From assembly GCA_016214655.1 (NCBI GenBank), contig JACROC010000002.1, positions 3,801 through 67,800 of the forward strand: a stretch of DNA of 64,000 nucleotides, read 5' to 3'. This stretch comes from Candidatus Harrisonbacteria bacterium. GTDB lineage: Bacteria > Patescibacteriota > Minisyncoccia > UBA6257 > 02-FULL-45-10c. This document shows positions 28,386 through 37,676 of the stretch, one piece after another (position 1 is the stretch's first letter; each line of letters starts with the position of its first letter). The translations under genes were made by a program, and so were the position numbers. Under the pieces are notes generated by a model. The model was not told the origin of the DNA and searched no databases. It worked only from the letters and a program-made list of their open reading frames with translations.

Positions 28386-28688
28386 TTATCGTAATTTTTT
28401 TCTTTCTGACTCTTCCAATTGTTTTATAATCTCTTTCGTATCTTTTGTGTACTGATTAGATTTAACTTTCTTGCCATATATTACTTCATAAACAAACCTT
28501 ATGGTTCTTTTGAAGAGTTTAGCGGATACAGCATTGGCGGAAAGCAAAGATACTGCATATTTAACTTCTTGCCTTCCTTCCCTATTTACCCCCTTTAACA
28601 CTTTCATTACGGGCAACATTTCCGGATAAACTTTTATAGTTAATCCCTTTCTTACTGAGAAAACTACTTTATTCATATTCCCCTTCAT
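28386..28688 (-). CDS. Hypothetical cassette protein (basic)
   Basis: Own TTGACT-17-TAATAT promoter (28720-28748). Confidence 0.6.
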   Translation of the reverse strand: MKGNMNKVVFSVRKGLTIKVYPEMLPVMKVLKGVNREGRQEVKYAVSLLSANAVSAKLFKRTIRFVYEVIYGKKVKSNQYTKDTKEIIKQLEESERKKLR

Positions 28689-28760
28689 CCCTTATCTGAT
28701 TATTTAAAAGCTAATATAGATATTAATTAAGATAAATTGATTAGTCAAATAAAAAACCGC

Positions 28761-29234
28761 TCAATGTAGAGCGGTGGATACAGTAATTTTTCCATATATC
28801 GGTATTCCCATATACGTTCTGAGTAAGGGTAAATCAATCCCGCGTCCTTGTACGTCTACCTCATTTCCTAACCAATTACGAATAAAATTATATTTTAATG
28901 CTATAGACTCGCCAATATGAAGTTCTGGAGATTCAGGAAGCGATACATACCATCCCCATACTAACTCTTCACCTCTATCGTATTTCGATACTTCAATATA
29001 ATAGACCTCCTTGTTCTTTGGAAACATGTCCAAATCAAAACCATATAAATCTCTATCAAGTTTCCGCGCTTTTTTTAATACACCATTCATTGTGTAGGTC
29101 TTTTTTTCGTTATACGATCCAAGAGTGTGAAAAAAGTATGATAAATCGTCAAATACGGGAGTAAAAACAGAACCCCAAAAGATGGCAAATACTAGGAGAA
29201 AAATCATCGGTGGTTCATTAACCGTTTTTTTCAT
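28761..29234 (-). CDS. Hypothetical membrane-anchored protein
   Basis: N-terminal TM segment; overlaps the upstream ORF stop. Confidence 0.65.
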   Translation of the reverse strand: MKKTVNEPPMIFLLVFAIFWGSVFTPVFDDLSYFFHTLGSYNEKKTYTMNGVLKKARKLDRDLYGFDLDMFPKNKEVYYIEVSKYDRGEELVWGWYVSLPESPELHIGESIALKYNFIRNWLGNEVDVQGRGIDLPLLRTYMGIPIYGKITVSTALH

Positions 29235-29592
29235 TGTTGGCTCCTACGACTTCAAGCATTGCCCTACACGTCTTACACTGCTCCACATGGAGCATTCGGA
29301 TATCGGAAAGATTCGGCCACTGCTTGAGTTCTTTAAGAGTAAGGCAATCTTTGATAAAAGCCAGCTCCAATGCCTTGTCTTCTAATTTCCCCTTAAATTC
29401 TTCGGTCGTCATTCCGATTCCCATAGCGACTCTTTTCAAGGCAGCCTCGAACTCATCTTCTTGATTACCGGTCTTTTTTGAACCAAGATCAAAATAGTTG
29501 ATGATGTCTCTCCTTATGGTTGGCGAAGCTAACATCAAAAATAACACAATGCCTACGAGTGTCAGACTAACGATAATCAGATAATTTTCCAT
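29218..29592 (-). CDS. Membrane-anchored protein with a C-terminal HxxxCxxC motif
   Basis: TM N-terminus; CLT...HVEQCKTCR; GGAGG SD; promoter 29638-29666. Confidence 0.7.
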   Translation of the reverse strand: MENYLIIVSLTLVGIVLFLMLASPTIRRDIINYFDLGSKKTGNQEDEFEAALKRVAMGIGMTTEEFKGKLEDKALELAFIKDCLTLKELKQWPNLSDIRMLHVEQCKTCRAMLEVVGANNEKNG

Positions 29593-29671
29593 CTTTCCTC
29601 CTATCTTCAGTTTTAAACGAACTGGGTATTGATGAATATATTACTTCAAAATCTATGTTTTGTCAACAACC

Positions 29672-30603
29672 CGTAATGGTTCAATAGCTTGGAATACCCC
29701 AAACTATGTATATGACATATTCAAATGACCCCCACTTGCCTCGGGTTAGAATGGAGGCAGTTCGTTTAGTTCGCTCCGGTTTGAGCACGGTAAAGGTCGC
29801 AAGGCATATGGGATATTCTCAAAGCGCTATTGTGAAATGGGTAGCCAAAGCTCCTACTGATGGTCGAATGATCATTCCTACTCAGTCATCTCGTTTCTGG
29901 ACACATCCGCATTCTTTGTCTGCTGAATTAGTGGAAACTATTTTGTCTTATCGACGAGAAAGAAATCAATGCGCGGAGATTCTGCATTATCGTTTGGCTA
30001 CAGATGGTTACCGAGTCAGCCTCTCCTCAGTAAAAAGAACTTTGCAAAGAAATCAGATGACTCGTTTCTCTAAATGAAAAAAGTGGCATCAATATCCGCC
30101 TCGTCCTCTGGCAGAAAAACCAGGGATTCTGGTTCAAATTGACACGATTCACGACGGCCAGGTTGGGGAGCAGCTATACATCTATACTCTGCTGGATGTC
30201 TGCTCCCGTTGGGCCTATGCCCTGCCTTCTTTGTGGATCAATACTCATCGCAGTTTGCAATTTGTGGAAAGGGCGAAGGAATTAGCTCCTTTTCCTTTCC
30301 AAACTTTCCAATCAGATCATGGCAGTGAATTTTCCAAATGGTTTACCAAAAGAATCGGGGAACGAAACATGGCCCATCGCCATTCCCGAGTCCGGCAGCC
30401 GAATGACAATGCTCACTTGGAAAGATTCAATCGGATCATTCAGGAGGAATGCATTTCCCGGATTCCCGGGTCATTATCTGTCTGGAAAAAAGAAATACTG
30501 GAATATCTCCGGTATTACAATGAGGAAAGGCCGCATATGGGGTTGGCTATGAAAACCCCGATCGATATTATTAAAACTATTCCAAGCTATTGATTAGAAA
30601 ACG
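29672..30603 (+). mobile_element. IS481-like insertion sequence
   Basis: 16-bp IR TCAATAGCTTGGAATA (29681-29696 / 30578-30593), CGT...ACG ends, CAACC direct repeats (29667-29671 / 30604-30608). Confidence 0.85.
29706..30593 (+). pseudogene. DDE (rve) transposase with a nonsense codon at 30075-30077
   Basis: The frame continues past TGA (FSK*KKWH) into VQIDT, LDVCSR, SDHGSEF, ERFNR motifs. Confidence 0.85.
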
Positions 30604-30731
30604 CAACCCCGGACTAAAGCCCGGGGCTTGTGGCTACGAGATGTCAAAATAAAAACCGCAAAGATTATCTACGACCCCACCGAACATTGTTAAAAGTAAA
30701 GTTATAAAAATATAAACGTCAAATTTGGTTC

Positions 30732-30866
30732 AAAAAAAGACGGCGGTGAAGCCGTCGAAATTGTGCCAATGGGTACTTTGCGATCCGCTGCGTTGAGGAT
30801 TTAGCTTCCACGCTAGGTTTGGCATCCCCCGAGCCAACTACCCTACGCCGTAATCCCCACTGGTAT
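30732..30866 (-). ncRNA. Candidate small RNA cassette with no convincing ORF
   Basis: TTGATA/TG-n-TATATT promoter 30872-30899, GC-rich body, terminator GACGGC/GCCGTC plus T7. Confidence 0.4.
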
Positions 30867-30901
30867 AATGTAATATAACATACTGGTATAATTTATCAAG
30901 T

Positions 30902-30940
30902 AAATCTGTGTGCCATCGTGTGGGATGTTAGAACTTTGTT
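30902..30940 (+). repeat. Cassette boundary site A
   Basis: aaatctg tgtg ccatcgtgt gggatg ttagaac tttgtt. Confidence 0.65.
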
Positions 30941-31074
30941 TGAGAGGAAGAATGATGCGGGTATCTATGTTCTCGTTTTCTGCCACACCCGTGATTCGCC
31001 ATATTTTATAAAAGAAAAAACCACCTAATGACGGTGGTTTGCAAATTATATTTTATCTTTAAAGAACTTTTCCA

Positions 31075-31809
31075 CTACTTGCGAACAACGGCGAAACGAG
31101 TGCCTTTGGGCAAACCCCTAAAGAAATAACCAAAACCCACAAATCGCTTCTCGCCGCCAATACTGCCAAGATATAAATTTTCCCACTTTCTGGCATCAAT
31201 GTTATACCGGCCGCCATCTAAAGTAACAATCTCGCTCTTTTGCTGCTCATCAGGATACGCGACCCCAAACGCAAGAAGTTCTGCGGCGTTAGCAAAGCCA
31301 AAACCCAACTTTCCCAGCTCATCCTTAATTTCATCATCTTTCACATAATCTCTTACTGGGAAATTGTCCTTCGGCTGAGAACCCCAAAATTTCCTTGTCA
31401 CCCATTCATTGGGTTCTAATTCCCTAAAAATTTCTTCTTTTGAGTATCTCTTAAAAAAATCTCCGATTGTGGCAATATGAACTTCAATTCTTTTTTTACC
31501 CTTATTTCCAGCTTGTGCGCAGGCAGACTTAAAATTATTCCCTAAAGCATTATAACCACCCAAAAGATCCTCATCATCCGGAGGCAACTGCATATATTTT
31601 CCAACAACAGCAATTACTCTCCTGAAAGACTGGCTACAGTTGACTTCAATCGGAAAACCCTCGCTGATATCAACTCTTACAAATTCTTTCTTTTCTTGAA
31701 TCTCGGTTGAAGTTTTCAGCCCACATCCCGCTTGCGATATGGAAAAAGATAAACTGACAATGATCAGGGTTGGTAATCCCAAAAACCATTTGTTTCGATT
31801 AGTCGCCAT
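31075..31809 (-). CDS. Putative lipoprotein, paralog of 36562-37515
   Basis: Lipobox-like SQAGC; ELLAFGVAYPDEQ...RFAVVRK C-terminus. Confidence 0.7.
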   Translation of the reverse strand: MATNRNKWFLGLPTLIIVSLSFSISQAGCGLKTSTEIQEKKEFVRVDISEGFPIEVNCSQSFRRVIAVVGKYMQLPPDDEDLLGGYNALGNNFKSACAQAGNKGKKRIEVHIATIGDFFKRYSKEEIFRELEPNEWVTRKFWGSQPKDNFPVRDYVKDDEIKDELGKLGFGFANAAELLAFGVAYPDEQQKSEIVTLDGGRYNIDARKWENLYLGSIGGEKRFVGFGYFFRGLPKGTRFAVVRK

Positions 31810-31879
31810 CTGTTTCCTCCTTTCAAGGAACATTAACTACTGATAAATATATTAGCAGAAAATAAAAGTAAAGTCAAAT

Positions 31880-31918
31880 AAAGTTGGGTCGGCAACTGAA
31901 TCAGATTAGAACTTGTTT
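31880..31918 (+). repeat. Cassette boundary site B
   Basis: aaagttg ggtc ggcaactga atcaga ttagaac ttgttt. Confidence 0.8.
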
Positions 31919-31958
31919 AGTGGGATTATGAAAAAGGCCCCACTTTTATGAGGCAAAT

Positions 31959-32264
31959 TTATTTATGAAATAAGAAGTAAACAACCCACATCGGTGTAAA
32001 AAATAATACTAACCAAAGTAAAAATGGTGCTATCTCTCTGTTTTTGTGTTTCATCATCTCATAAATATTAAGGCCAATATAGATCATGGTGGGAATGCAT
32101 ATAAGCCACAAAGGGGCAAAGTATCCTATCACGGGGCCAACTAATAAAGCCGAAAGAAGGAGTGCTATTAAAGGCCGATCTTGCTTTGAAGTCATTATTC
32201 CTCTCAAGGCTAGTAAGTTTTTGAAGGTGCCTAATAATATTAGTAGATTTCGCCGGAAGTTCAA
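31959..32264 (-). CDS. Small multi-pass membrane protein (start uncertain)
   Basis: Three hydrophobic segments; lies between sites B and C. Confidence 0.55.
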   Translation of the reverse strand: MNFRRNLLILLGTFKNLLALRGIMTSKQDRPLIALLLSALLVGPVIGYFAPLWLICIPTMIYIGLNIYEMMKHKNREIAPFLLWLVLFFTPMWVVYFLFHK

Positions 32265-32362
32265 GCGGTGATATATAGCAAACTCTTTGAAAAAGATTTG
32301 GAATTAAAAAAGTTAATGCGGAGAAAGCCGATAGAGAATGTGGCTCCAATTACAATAAAGAG

Positions 32363-32401
32363 TAGGCTGGGTCGGCAACTGGATCAAGTTAGAACCTGAT
32401 G
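32363..32401 (+). repeat. Cassette boundary site C
   Basis: taggctg ggtc ggcaactgg atcaag ttagaac ctgatg. Confidence 0.8.
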
Positions 32402-32449
32402 GACAAAAATTATTGGGTAGGCTATATTATGAACTAGCAACTTTACCAA

Positions 32450-32842
32450 TTGAAATGGGTAATGATAGATAAAGTAGCGTTATGCGGAACGGGCGGCTTT
32501 TGTACCTCTATTCTACTAGGAGTTCTGTGGGGCATAGCAATATGGCCCATTAACATTTTTTGGCTGATTATGACTATGCTTGTTTTCGCTATCGGATTGG
32601 CTTTATTGATAGCAGCAACTAATCTGGCTTATCACAATGGATTTAAGCACAATCAACCCTATGCAACGATTGTTGCAATGATTCTCAAGGAATATATCAA
32701 TTTACTCAATATACACGGCGAATATTCAAAAGAAGAGAAAGAATTCCGAGATAGATTCCAAAAGAATCCGGAACTACTGAACCTATTAGACACTGCTAAA
32801 ATGACAAAAACTGTTTACTCAACAGCCCTACAAGACCCTTAA
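32450..32842 (+). CDS. Membrane protein, inverted relative to the array
   Basis: Two TM segments, own terminator 32833-32859; lies between sites C and D. Confidence 0.6.
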   Translation: MKWVMIDKVALCGTGGFCTSILLGVLWGIAIWPINIFWLIMTMLVFAIGLALLIAATNLAYHNGFKHNQPYATIVAMILKEYINLLNIHGEYSKEEKEFRDRFQKNPELLNLLDTAKMTKTVYSTALQDP

Positions 32843-32862
32843 TAACGGGGTCTCTTTTTATT

Positions 32863-32901
32863 AAAACTAGGTGCCGTCGTGTAGGATATTAGAACCAGGA
32901 T
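32863..32901 (+). repeat. Cassette boundary site D
   Basis: aaaacta ggtg ccgtcgtgt aggata ttagaac caggat. Confidence 0.7.
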
Positions 32902-32963
32902 AAACACAAATTGAGTTACCCCACCCCCAAATACACTATTTTGAAAAGAAAAACCGTTCAAGA

Positions 32964-33512
32964 TTAACGGTCATTCTCCTTAGAACGTATTTCGCTTGCG
33001 AATTTTTGTATAAATGCCTCATCGGCTTCCCTATATTCGTTGCTATCCTTTCCATAAAGTTTCTCGGCCTGCCTCCTGGCTTCGATATATATATTAAGCT
33101 TCTTTTTAAGAGATTCTGCACGTTCTTTGTCTCGTTGAATCCATAGTTGCATTGCCTCTTTATATTCTTTACTGTCTTCTCCTAATGCCTGAGCGGCTAT
33201 CATCGCCGCATCAGGATAATTGCGAGCTTCCATTGCCTGTTTATACATTTCTTTACCAAATTGCTTGCCTTGCTCTTCCGAAACCAATTCAACGTTTTCT
33301 AGTTCATATTTAAGTTCGACTGCTAAATAGTAATTACCGTGATTAGCAAGGTCTGTAATAACCTCCTCAGCCCATCTTTGAATCTCTGTAGCGGATATTC
33401 CTAACTCCACACCTTTGCGAATCGTAAAAGAGGGGCGGCCCATTTTTTTAATTTGTTCCCAAGATTGTTCCTTTGGCTTATCTTCTTTGTTAAACCTCTT
33501 ATCGGGATTCAT
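32964..33512 (-). CDS. Hypothetical helical protein with an internal repeat
   Basis: LGEDSKEYKEA / YGKDSNEYREA; lies between sites D and E. Confidence 0.65.
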   Translation of the reverse strand: MNPDKRFNKEDKPKEQSWEQIKKMGRPSFTIRKGVELGISATEIQRWAEEVITDLANHGNYYLAVELKYELENVELVSEEQGKQFGKEMYKQAMEARNYPDAAMIAAQALGEDSKEYKEAMQLWIQRDKERAESLKKKLNIYIEARRQAEKLYGKDSNEYREADEAFIQKFASEIRSKENDR

Positions 33513-33554
33513 AAATACACATTATCATAAATAAACTTGTTATACACGTTCTTT

Positions 33555-33593
33555 TATTTGCTCCTTTCTAGTAGGGAAAATTAGAACCTATTT
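33555..33593 (+). repeat. Cassette boundary site E
   Basis: tatttgc tcct ttctagtag ggaaaa ttagaac ctattt. Confidence 0.6.
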
Positions 33594-33720
33594 TGTGAGT
33601 GTTGGGGCGTTACCCCACCCCGTGATTCACTATATTTCTTAAAAAGAAAAAGCCCCGAATGGGATTAAACCATTTTGAGGCTTCGGGGAAAATCAATTTC
33701 CCCGTATCATCTTGCTTATT

Positions 33721-34153
33721 CTACTTCGGGATAACCACCTCTTTAGGTAAATCTTTGCGCAATGCCTTGTTCCACTTTTCGGCACTGGCCTCATCCGGAA
33801 CAATAACAGTGGCTTTCCTATAAAAGTTCCCGGAACCTTCTTTCAATCTATACTTCGAATTCACCTCTACGTACACCAATTTTTCTCCTGAAGGAACGAC
33901 TTGTACAAAAACCTTCCTGGTATTATTTACACCAATACAAGGAGGTGTCTCTTCCCCCTAAAATATCCAATTCTAAATACCAAGTACTAGGCAATCTATC
34001 ATATCTACTATATCGCATATCTGCATATCGTAATACCCTTGCCGACTGAACCACGAATTTCGTTTTCTTCTCAACCCCATAAGAATCACAGTTAATGAGC
34101 CCGCCGCACAAGACAAAACCGAAACATAGCATCAGGGATTTCATCTTCTTCAC
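33721..34153 (-). pseudogene. Frameshifted exported cassette protein
   Basis: Signal-like N-terminus; protein-like reading continues in two shifted frames to a TAG at 33721. Confidence 0.5.
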
Positions 34154-34274
34154 CCTTTCTCCTTCAATTTTCAACAAACTAAATTCTAGTGTATATATTA
34201 CTTCAAAATTTATGTTTTGTCAAAAGAAAAAACCGCCTCAGCTTACGCTTTGGCGGATACAAAATGAAATACGA

Positions 34275-35789
34275 TTAATCAGTAAATTTAATCTGTTTAT
34301 GCTGGGAGAGACAAAGGTAAAGCGCAACTGCAACGCAATCGGCTAGAAAACCCCTGCCGACTTTTTCATCATGCAGACAACAAGCGCGCTGATATGCCTC
34401 CGCAACTTTATTGCCCAAGCCACTCAAATGAGAGTCGATGATGGCTTTGTAAATACATTTAACAGTGGGAAAGCCCTGCACGAACTCGCTATTGTGAGCA
34501 ATACTCGTAGGCTTTCCGGCTGAAACAGCTAAATCTTCCTCGTAATACCGGAGAACATTCGTGGCTTTAGGATGTTTTGCAATTTTGCGATCGGTATAAT
34601 TAGAAAGGACATGAACCAACTGTTTCATTTCCACTAGTCTATCAACATCCTCACGCGTGGTTGCTCTAAGGACAGCAACCGCTTTCTGAAGGATGTCTTC
34701 CGTTTTCATTGTGCTTGATAAATCAAAAAGGTGTTGGCTTGCCACGACAGGAATCAGAAGTTCAATAATACCGTGATTGATTCTGCCCCCTCCCCGGTTG
34801 CGCAGACTTTCCTTCTGGGCCCGGAGAGCAAAATGGTATATCGGCGGCTGCCCATCTACACTATGCTGACGCACACTTCGTGCCAAATCTTCAAATGCCT
34901 CGCCGATGTTGATACCCCCTATTACAAAATACTCAAGTTTCAAATGCCGACTCACATTTCGATGTCTGGTAGTGCAACCGGTTTTATCCGATAGCGGCTC
35001 AAGTGCGCAAGCAAGCATTACTTGCCGGCCAGTTTCGCGAGGAGTTCTTACATCTTTCTGATTCTCCCATGCAATTTTGTAAAGAACATCCAGGTGACGC
35101 TCATCTTGTTGCTCATCCTCCTCCATAAAAATATCTGCATCGTATAAATCCTCAATCAGACGCCGCAGATCCGGGTTCAGCACAAGCATTTTTTCTTTTA
35201 TCTGAGCCGCGCTAAGCTTTGCTCCGCCAAACTTATCATTCGCCCGATGCAAAGCATCGTAACAATCAGCAAGCGCCAACATCCGACCATAAAAAGTAAT
35301 TAAAGCCTCCGTGGCTCGGGAAAAAGAATGAGACTTCTTCGGAAGTTTACTCGGATAACCATTAACTTGAAATCGGTGATGCCACAATATAACTTCTGCG
35401 GTAAAATCGAAAGTTCCCCTAAGGAGTCGATAACTGTCCATAACATGGGCTTTCATAACCCTAGTATCCTTAGCTGTCCATCCGCTCGTTTTTTCCAAAG
35501 TTGAAATGGGAGCCTGAGTTTTACCAATATCATGGAATACGCCAGCATACACAAGCGCTTTAACATCAAGATTCATAAACTTAGCTATTAACTCAAGCAG
35601 TAATGCAACACGAAGGCTGTGCTGGTAATGAAGGTGGGTTACAGAATTCTTGTTTCGAAGTGGAGCGAGCAACGATCTTACCTTTCTACGCTCATCACTA
35701 CTCACCTTCAAATCGCTTAAAATCTCGTCAAATCTTTTCTCGAGCCAGGTAGTATAAGCCGCATCGTTCTCTACGTGTATTTTGTCCAT
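34275..35789 (-). CDS. HD-GYP domain fused to a CitG-like domain
   Basis: HSLRVA, HDIGK, WHH..NGYP, ADCYDA; C-half ALEPLSDKTGCTTR...INHGIIELLIP. Confidence 0.7.
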   Translation of the reverse strand: MDKIHVENDAAYTTWLEKRFDEILSDLKVSSDERRKVRSLLAPLRNKNSVTHLHYQHSLRVALLLELIAKFMNLDVKALVYAGVFHDIGKTQAPISTLEKTSGWTAKDTRVMKAHVMDSYRLLRGTFDFTAEVILWHHRFQVNGYPSKLPKKSHSFSRATEALITFYGRMLALADCYDALHRANDKFGGAKLSAAQIKEKMLVLNPDLRRLIEDLYDADIFMEEDEQQDERHLDVLYKIAWENQKDVRTPRETGRQVMLACALEPLSDKTGCTTRHRNVSRHLKLEYFVIGGINIGEAFEDLARSVRQHSVDGQPPIYHFALRAQKESLRNRGGGRINHGIIELLIPVVASQHLFDLSSTMKTEDILQKAVAVLRATTREDVDRLVEMKQLVHVLSNYTDRKIAKHPKATNVLRYYEEDLAVSAGKPTSIAHNSEFVQGFPTVKCIYKAIIDSHLSGLGNKVAEAYQRACCLHDEKVGRGFLADCVAVALYLCLSQHKQIKFTD

Positions 35790-35872
35790 CTATATCTCCT
35801 TTTAAAAAGATCCAGTGTTATATTAACACTAAATTTGAAGGGTGTCAAAAGAAAAAACCGCTTATTTGGCGG

Positions 35873-36433
35873 TTAATGTTCTGATTCATTATTCTTATCT
35901 TCTAGACGCTGCCGATCCCTTTGATCATATTCTTGAGCAAGTTTTTGGGCTTTTGCTTTAAAATCCTCGCCCTCCTCAAGATCAACGATATAAGATCGTA
36001 TAGGTAAATCGCCAAGACAGCCAGTATCTCTTAGAAGACTATCGCTCTTTCTCCACCCAAAACTACTTATAAGATTCACACCGACTATCCCCTCGGTCTC
36101 ATAAAGACCCCTTATCTGCATATCAATAAATTCTTTCTCTAACTTCGAATCTTCAACTCTCCTCGAATCTATACGGCGCAATCGTTCTTCTTGGGCACCT
36201 CTGTCAATGTTTAGAAAAATAAGGACGCGCTCAGGATTATCAGTTGGTTGCTTTGGATACGCATAATCAGGAAACCCATATTGATAATCAGGTATCACAA
36301 AAATAACGGCATCAAGAACAAATGGGAATTTTCTTAATTTCTTTTCAAGTCGATCAAGATTAATCTGTATAGTGGGTCGTATATATGCAACATCTATTTC
36401 TTCAGTCGTCTTCCCATGAAGATTGTATACCAT
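35873..36433 (-). CDS. Hypothetical cassette protein
   Basis: Own TTGACA-17-TAATAT promoter (36469-36497) and terminator. Confidence 0.65.
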   Translation of the reverse strand: MVYNLHGKTTEEIDVAYIRPTIQINLDRLEKKLRKFPFVLDAVIFVIPDYQYGFPDYAYPKQPTDNPERVLIFLNIDRGAQEERLRRIDSRRVEDSKLEKEFIDMQIRGLYETEGIVGVNLISSFGWRKSDSLLRDTGCLGDLPIRSYIVDLEEGEDFKAKAQKLAQEYDQRDRQRLEDKNNESEH

Positions 36434-36561
36434 CTATTTAAACCTTCTTATCCTAAATTACTAAACATATATTATTAAAAAGATATCTTTTTGTCAAAAA
36501 ACTGCTGACAAATAGAAATGCCCACACAGTAAACCGTGTGGGCATTTTTCCAGATGTCCCG

Positions 36562-37515
36562 TTACTTACGAAGGCCGACGAGACGACCTGCGGGGCCGCC
36601 CCAGGACTCAATTTCAAGCCAGAAAAAAGACAAGTTCCACTGGTCCCCGTCCCAGTAGAGATACGCGACACGCTGGCCACCATACCAGTCCTGCCAGACC
36701 GTTCCTGGAAAGATAAGATAATACTTGCCTTGCCATTCTTTGGGAATGAGATCTTGATGCTCCAGCAGATATTCGGCATGACGCTGGCTAAGATGAGCAT
36801 TGAGCTCCTTGGCTCTCTGCTTCATCACATCGCCCCTCACATAGGACTCGTTAGGCTTGAGGAACTCTACGATATCAGGAACAAACTGCTTACCATCGAA
36901 TGAGGTATCCTCAAGGAGCGTCCAGCCAGATTTAGTTTTATCATAATCGTACTTGTAGGACTCGCGCACAGCCAGGAACCGACAGCCCTCGTGCCACCTA
37001 CAGTCAAAACAGTTAAATTCCATGTAGCGCCCGCCAGAGCCCATCAAAAGATACGGCACTTTGTAATGATTGCGACGGGCATTCGGATCCAGCCAGACCG
37101 AACCCAGTGCGACTACCGAAACGACTGGCGGAAACTGATTCCAAATGTCAGAGTATTTCGCCCCAAAAACTAAAAGTTCGCGAAGCTCGGCGGGACGATA
37201 GCCCATCTTATCCAATTCTTTGAGCGCTTCCTCAGAGGTCAATACCCCGTTGAAATGCACTAGTCCAAGAACAAGATCAACCTCACCCTTCCGAATGGTT
37301 GGGAAGTTTTTGGTGGTGAAGTTATAATTTTGCCCGTCATACTTTCCCATGGCCACCATGGATTCCACCGAAAGATCATAGTTGACCGAAATTGGGAAAG
37401 TTTCCACTTGATTTTCAACTTGAATCTCCTCAGTGTCATTCGGCTCTTTACAAAAGACCAATGGAGAAAATAAAACAGTCGCCCCAAAAGAAAACATCAG
37501 GACAAGCTTTTTCAT
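36562..37515 (-). CDS. Exported two-domain protein, possibly C-type-lectin-like fold
   Basis: Signal peptide; RPAELRELLVFG..VALGSVW..RFLAVR and FPGTVW..VAYLYW..RLVGLRK; promoter 37563-37591. Confidence 0.7.
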   Translation of the reverse strand: MKKLVLMFSFGATVLFSPLVFCKEPNDTEEIQVENQVETFPISVNYDLSVESMVAMGKYDGQNYNFTTKNFPTIRKGEVDLVLGLVHFNGVLTSEEALKELDKMGYRPAELRELLVFGAKYSDIWNQFPPVVSVVALGSVWLDPNARRNHYKVPYLLMGSGGRYMEFNCFDCRWHEGCRFLAVRESYKYDYDKTKSGWTLLEDTSFDGKQFVPDIVEFLKPNESYVRGDVMKQRAKELNAHLSQRHAEYLLEHQDLIPKEWQGKYYLIFPGTVWQDWYGGQRVAYLYWDGDQWNLSFFWLEIESWGGPAGRLVGLRK

Positions 37516-37676
37516 TGTTCCTCCTCTCTTCTTCAGTTTTAAACGAACTGTAAAGTGCTTATATATTACTTTAAAATTTATGTTTTGTCAAAAAAATAAT
37601 CCAAATCGACGACCGGATCAAATTAAAATATATTTAGTGAGTAATAAAAAAGCCCAAAAATAATTTAGGGCGTATA

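Noticed and set aside
17734-30077. TGA recoding suggested by in-frame TGA at 17734 and 30075
   Set aside because: dnaX, msrA, rnhA and lepA end at TGA in the expected places, and long core genes have no internal TGA.
36562-37515. Complete diversity-generating retroelement
   Set aside because: No reverse transcriptase, avd gene or template repeat is visible in this window.
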